From: an uncultured cyanobacterium
Lineage (GTDB): Bacteria > Cyanobacteriota > Cyanobacteriia > Cyanobacteriales > CAWCAG01
Assembly: GCA_963793425.1 (NCBI GenBank)
Contig: CAWCAG010000009.1
Coordinates: forward strand, 288,001 to 352,000
Reading direction: 5' to 3'
DNA: 64,000 bases
In this document: one piece after another, positions 63,136-64,000 of the stretch
Numbering within the stretch: the first letter of the stretch is position 1
Layout of the letters: each line of letters opens with the position of its first letter
The notes under the pieces: generated by a model
What the model was told of the DNA's origin: nothing
The model's database searches: none
The model's input: only the letters and a program-made list of their open reading frames with translations
Made by a program: the position numbers and the translations under genes

Positions 63136-63999
63136 ATGAATTTCTCTCTTCATAGCTTTCTTTTCGCCCAATCTTCCCAAGATGCCGCTAAAGAAACCGC
63201 CGACAATGCCAAAGAATTAATTGCTGAAATCACCACTGGCAAAATTACTCAAGCATTACTGATCCTAATCATTGCCTACGGTTTGCTTTTTATTACTGAT
63301 AAGTTAATTAATTGGTTTTCTGAACAAGTAGATCGTGAATGGCGTTTGCGGATCAAACAGTCTCTTCCCTTCTGGCGAATGGTGATATTTATAGTCGCTA
63401 TTTCGATGCTCATGAACCTATTTTTTAACCTTTCCCGTAGTAACCTTTTAGCCCTCACTGGAACTATCGCCGTAGCTTTGGGTTTTGCTTTTAAAGATTA
63501 TGCTAGTTCAGTAATTGCTGGTTTAATTGGTTTATTTGAAGCCCCTTATCAAGTTGGCGATCGCATTCAAATTGGTGAACATTACGGGGAAGTTATGAGT
63601 TATGGCTTAAGGGGGCTACGCTTAAGAACTCCTGAAGATAATATGGTAACTATTCCCCACAATACAATTTGGACTGAACCTATTTCTAATGCTAATGCAG
63701 GGGAATTAGAGGCACAGGTAGTGACCCATTTTTATTTAGATTATTATGTCGATGTCCAGTTGGTGATGGGGATTTTGTATCGAGTTGCTTATACTAGCAA
63801 ATACACTCAATTAAAATTACCAATCTTAGTTTTAGTAGAAGAAAAACCTTGGGCAACACGCTTTGAACTGAAAAGCTATCCTATGGATGCTAGGGAAGAA
63901 TTCATTTATAAAACAGATTTAATTAAAAGGGCGAAGCAAGCTTTTAAGAAAAATAATCTTAGTTATCCTAAACTGCTTCCTGCTGATGTTGATGTTTAA
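63136..63999 (+). CDS. MscS-family mechanosensitive channel
   Basis: VALGFAFKD, PYQVGDRIQI..YGEV, VTIPH. Confidence 0.9.
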   Translation: MNFSLHSFLFAQSSQDAAKETADNAKELIAEITTGKITQALLILIIAYGLLFITDKLINWFSEQVDREWRLRIKQSLPFWRMVIFIVAISMLMNLFFNLSRSNLLALTGTIAVALGFAFKDYASSVIAGLIGLFEAPYQVGDRIQIGEHYGEVMSYGLRGLRLRTPEDNMVTIPHNTIWTEPISNANAGELEAQVVTHFYLDYYVDVQLVMGILYRVAYTSKYTQLKLPILVLVEEKPWATRFELKSYPMDAREEFIYKTDLIKRAKQAFKKNNLSYPKLLPADVDV

Positions 64000-64000
64000 T

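Larger units (their letters stand above)
1..64000. repeat. Dispersed HIP1 (GCGATCGC) sites and intergenic heptamer STRR-like arrays
   Basis: HIP1 at e.g. 3288, 5282, 10725 and 15568. tagcaa(c/t)-type arrays near 301, 5305, 12508, 25555, 35590, 40320 and 54372; ttattac array at about 59790-59820. Confidence 0.9.

Overview
Cyanobacterial chromosomal window: abundant HIP1 GCGATCGC sites, heptamer STRR-type repeats, and HCP/CTDH, crtH, cruP and hetZ-related genes. Housekeeping genes (recG, gyrA, rpmB, purN) alternate with accessory blocks. (i) An IS1341-like tnpB element (32515-33896) sits in the promoter region of a HetZ-related gene, and an internally deleted relative lies at about 9070-9700. 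(ii) A 10-kb stretch (13.3-23.3 kb) holds an ECF-like sigma factor/DUF1822 pair and the hpsA-pseudopilin gliding-motility locus. It carries many small frameshifts, probably long-read errors, possibly decay. (iii) An NLR-like island spans 52.6-62 kb. The best candidate for a new system is in (iii). A small helical Bell-like effector ends in a two-part N/Q/G-rich amyloid-like motif. Its second half is duplicated almost base-for-base at the N-terminus of the adjacent broken NACHT gene, and its first half is matched by the N-terminus of the next, intact NACHT-transmembrane gene. No CRISPR array, tRNA or rRNA was found. All family calls come from motif recognition, not database searches.
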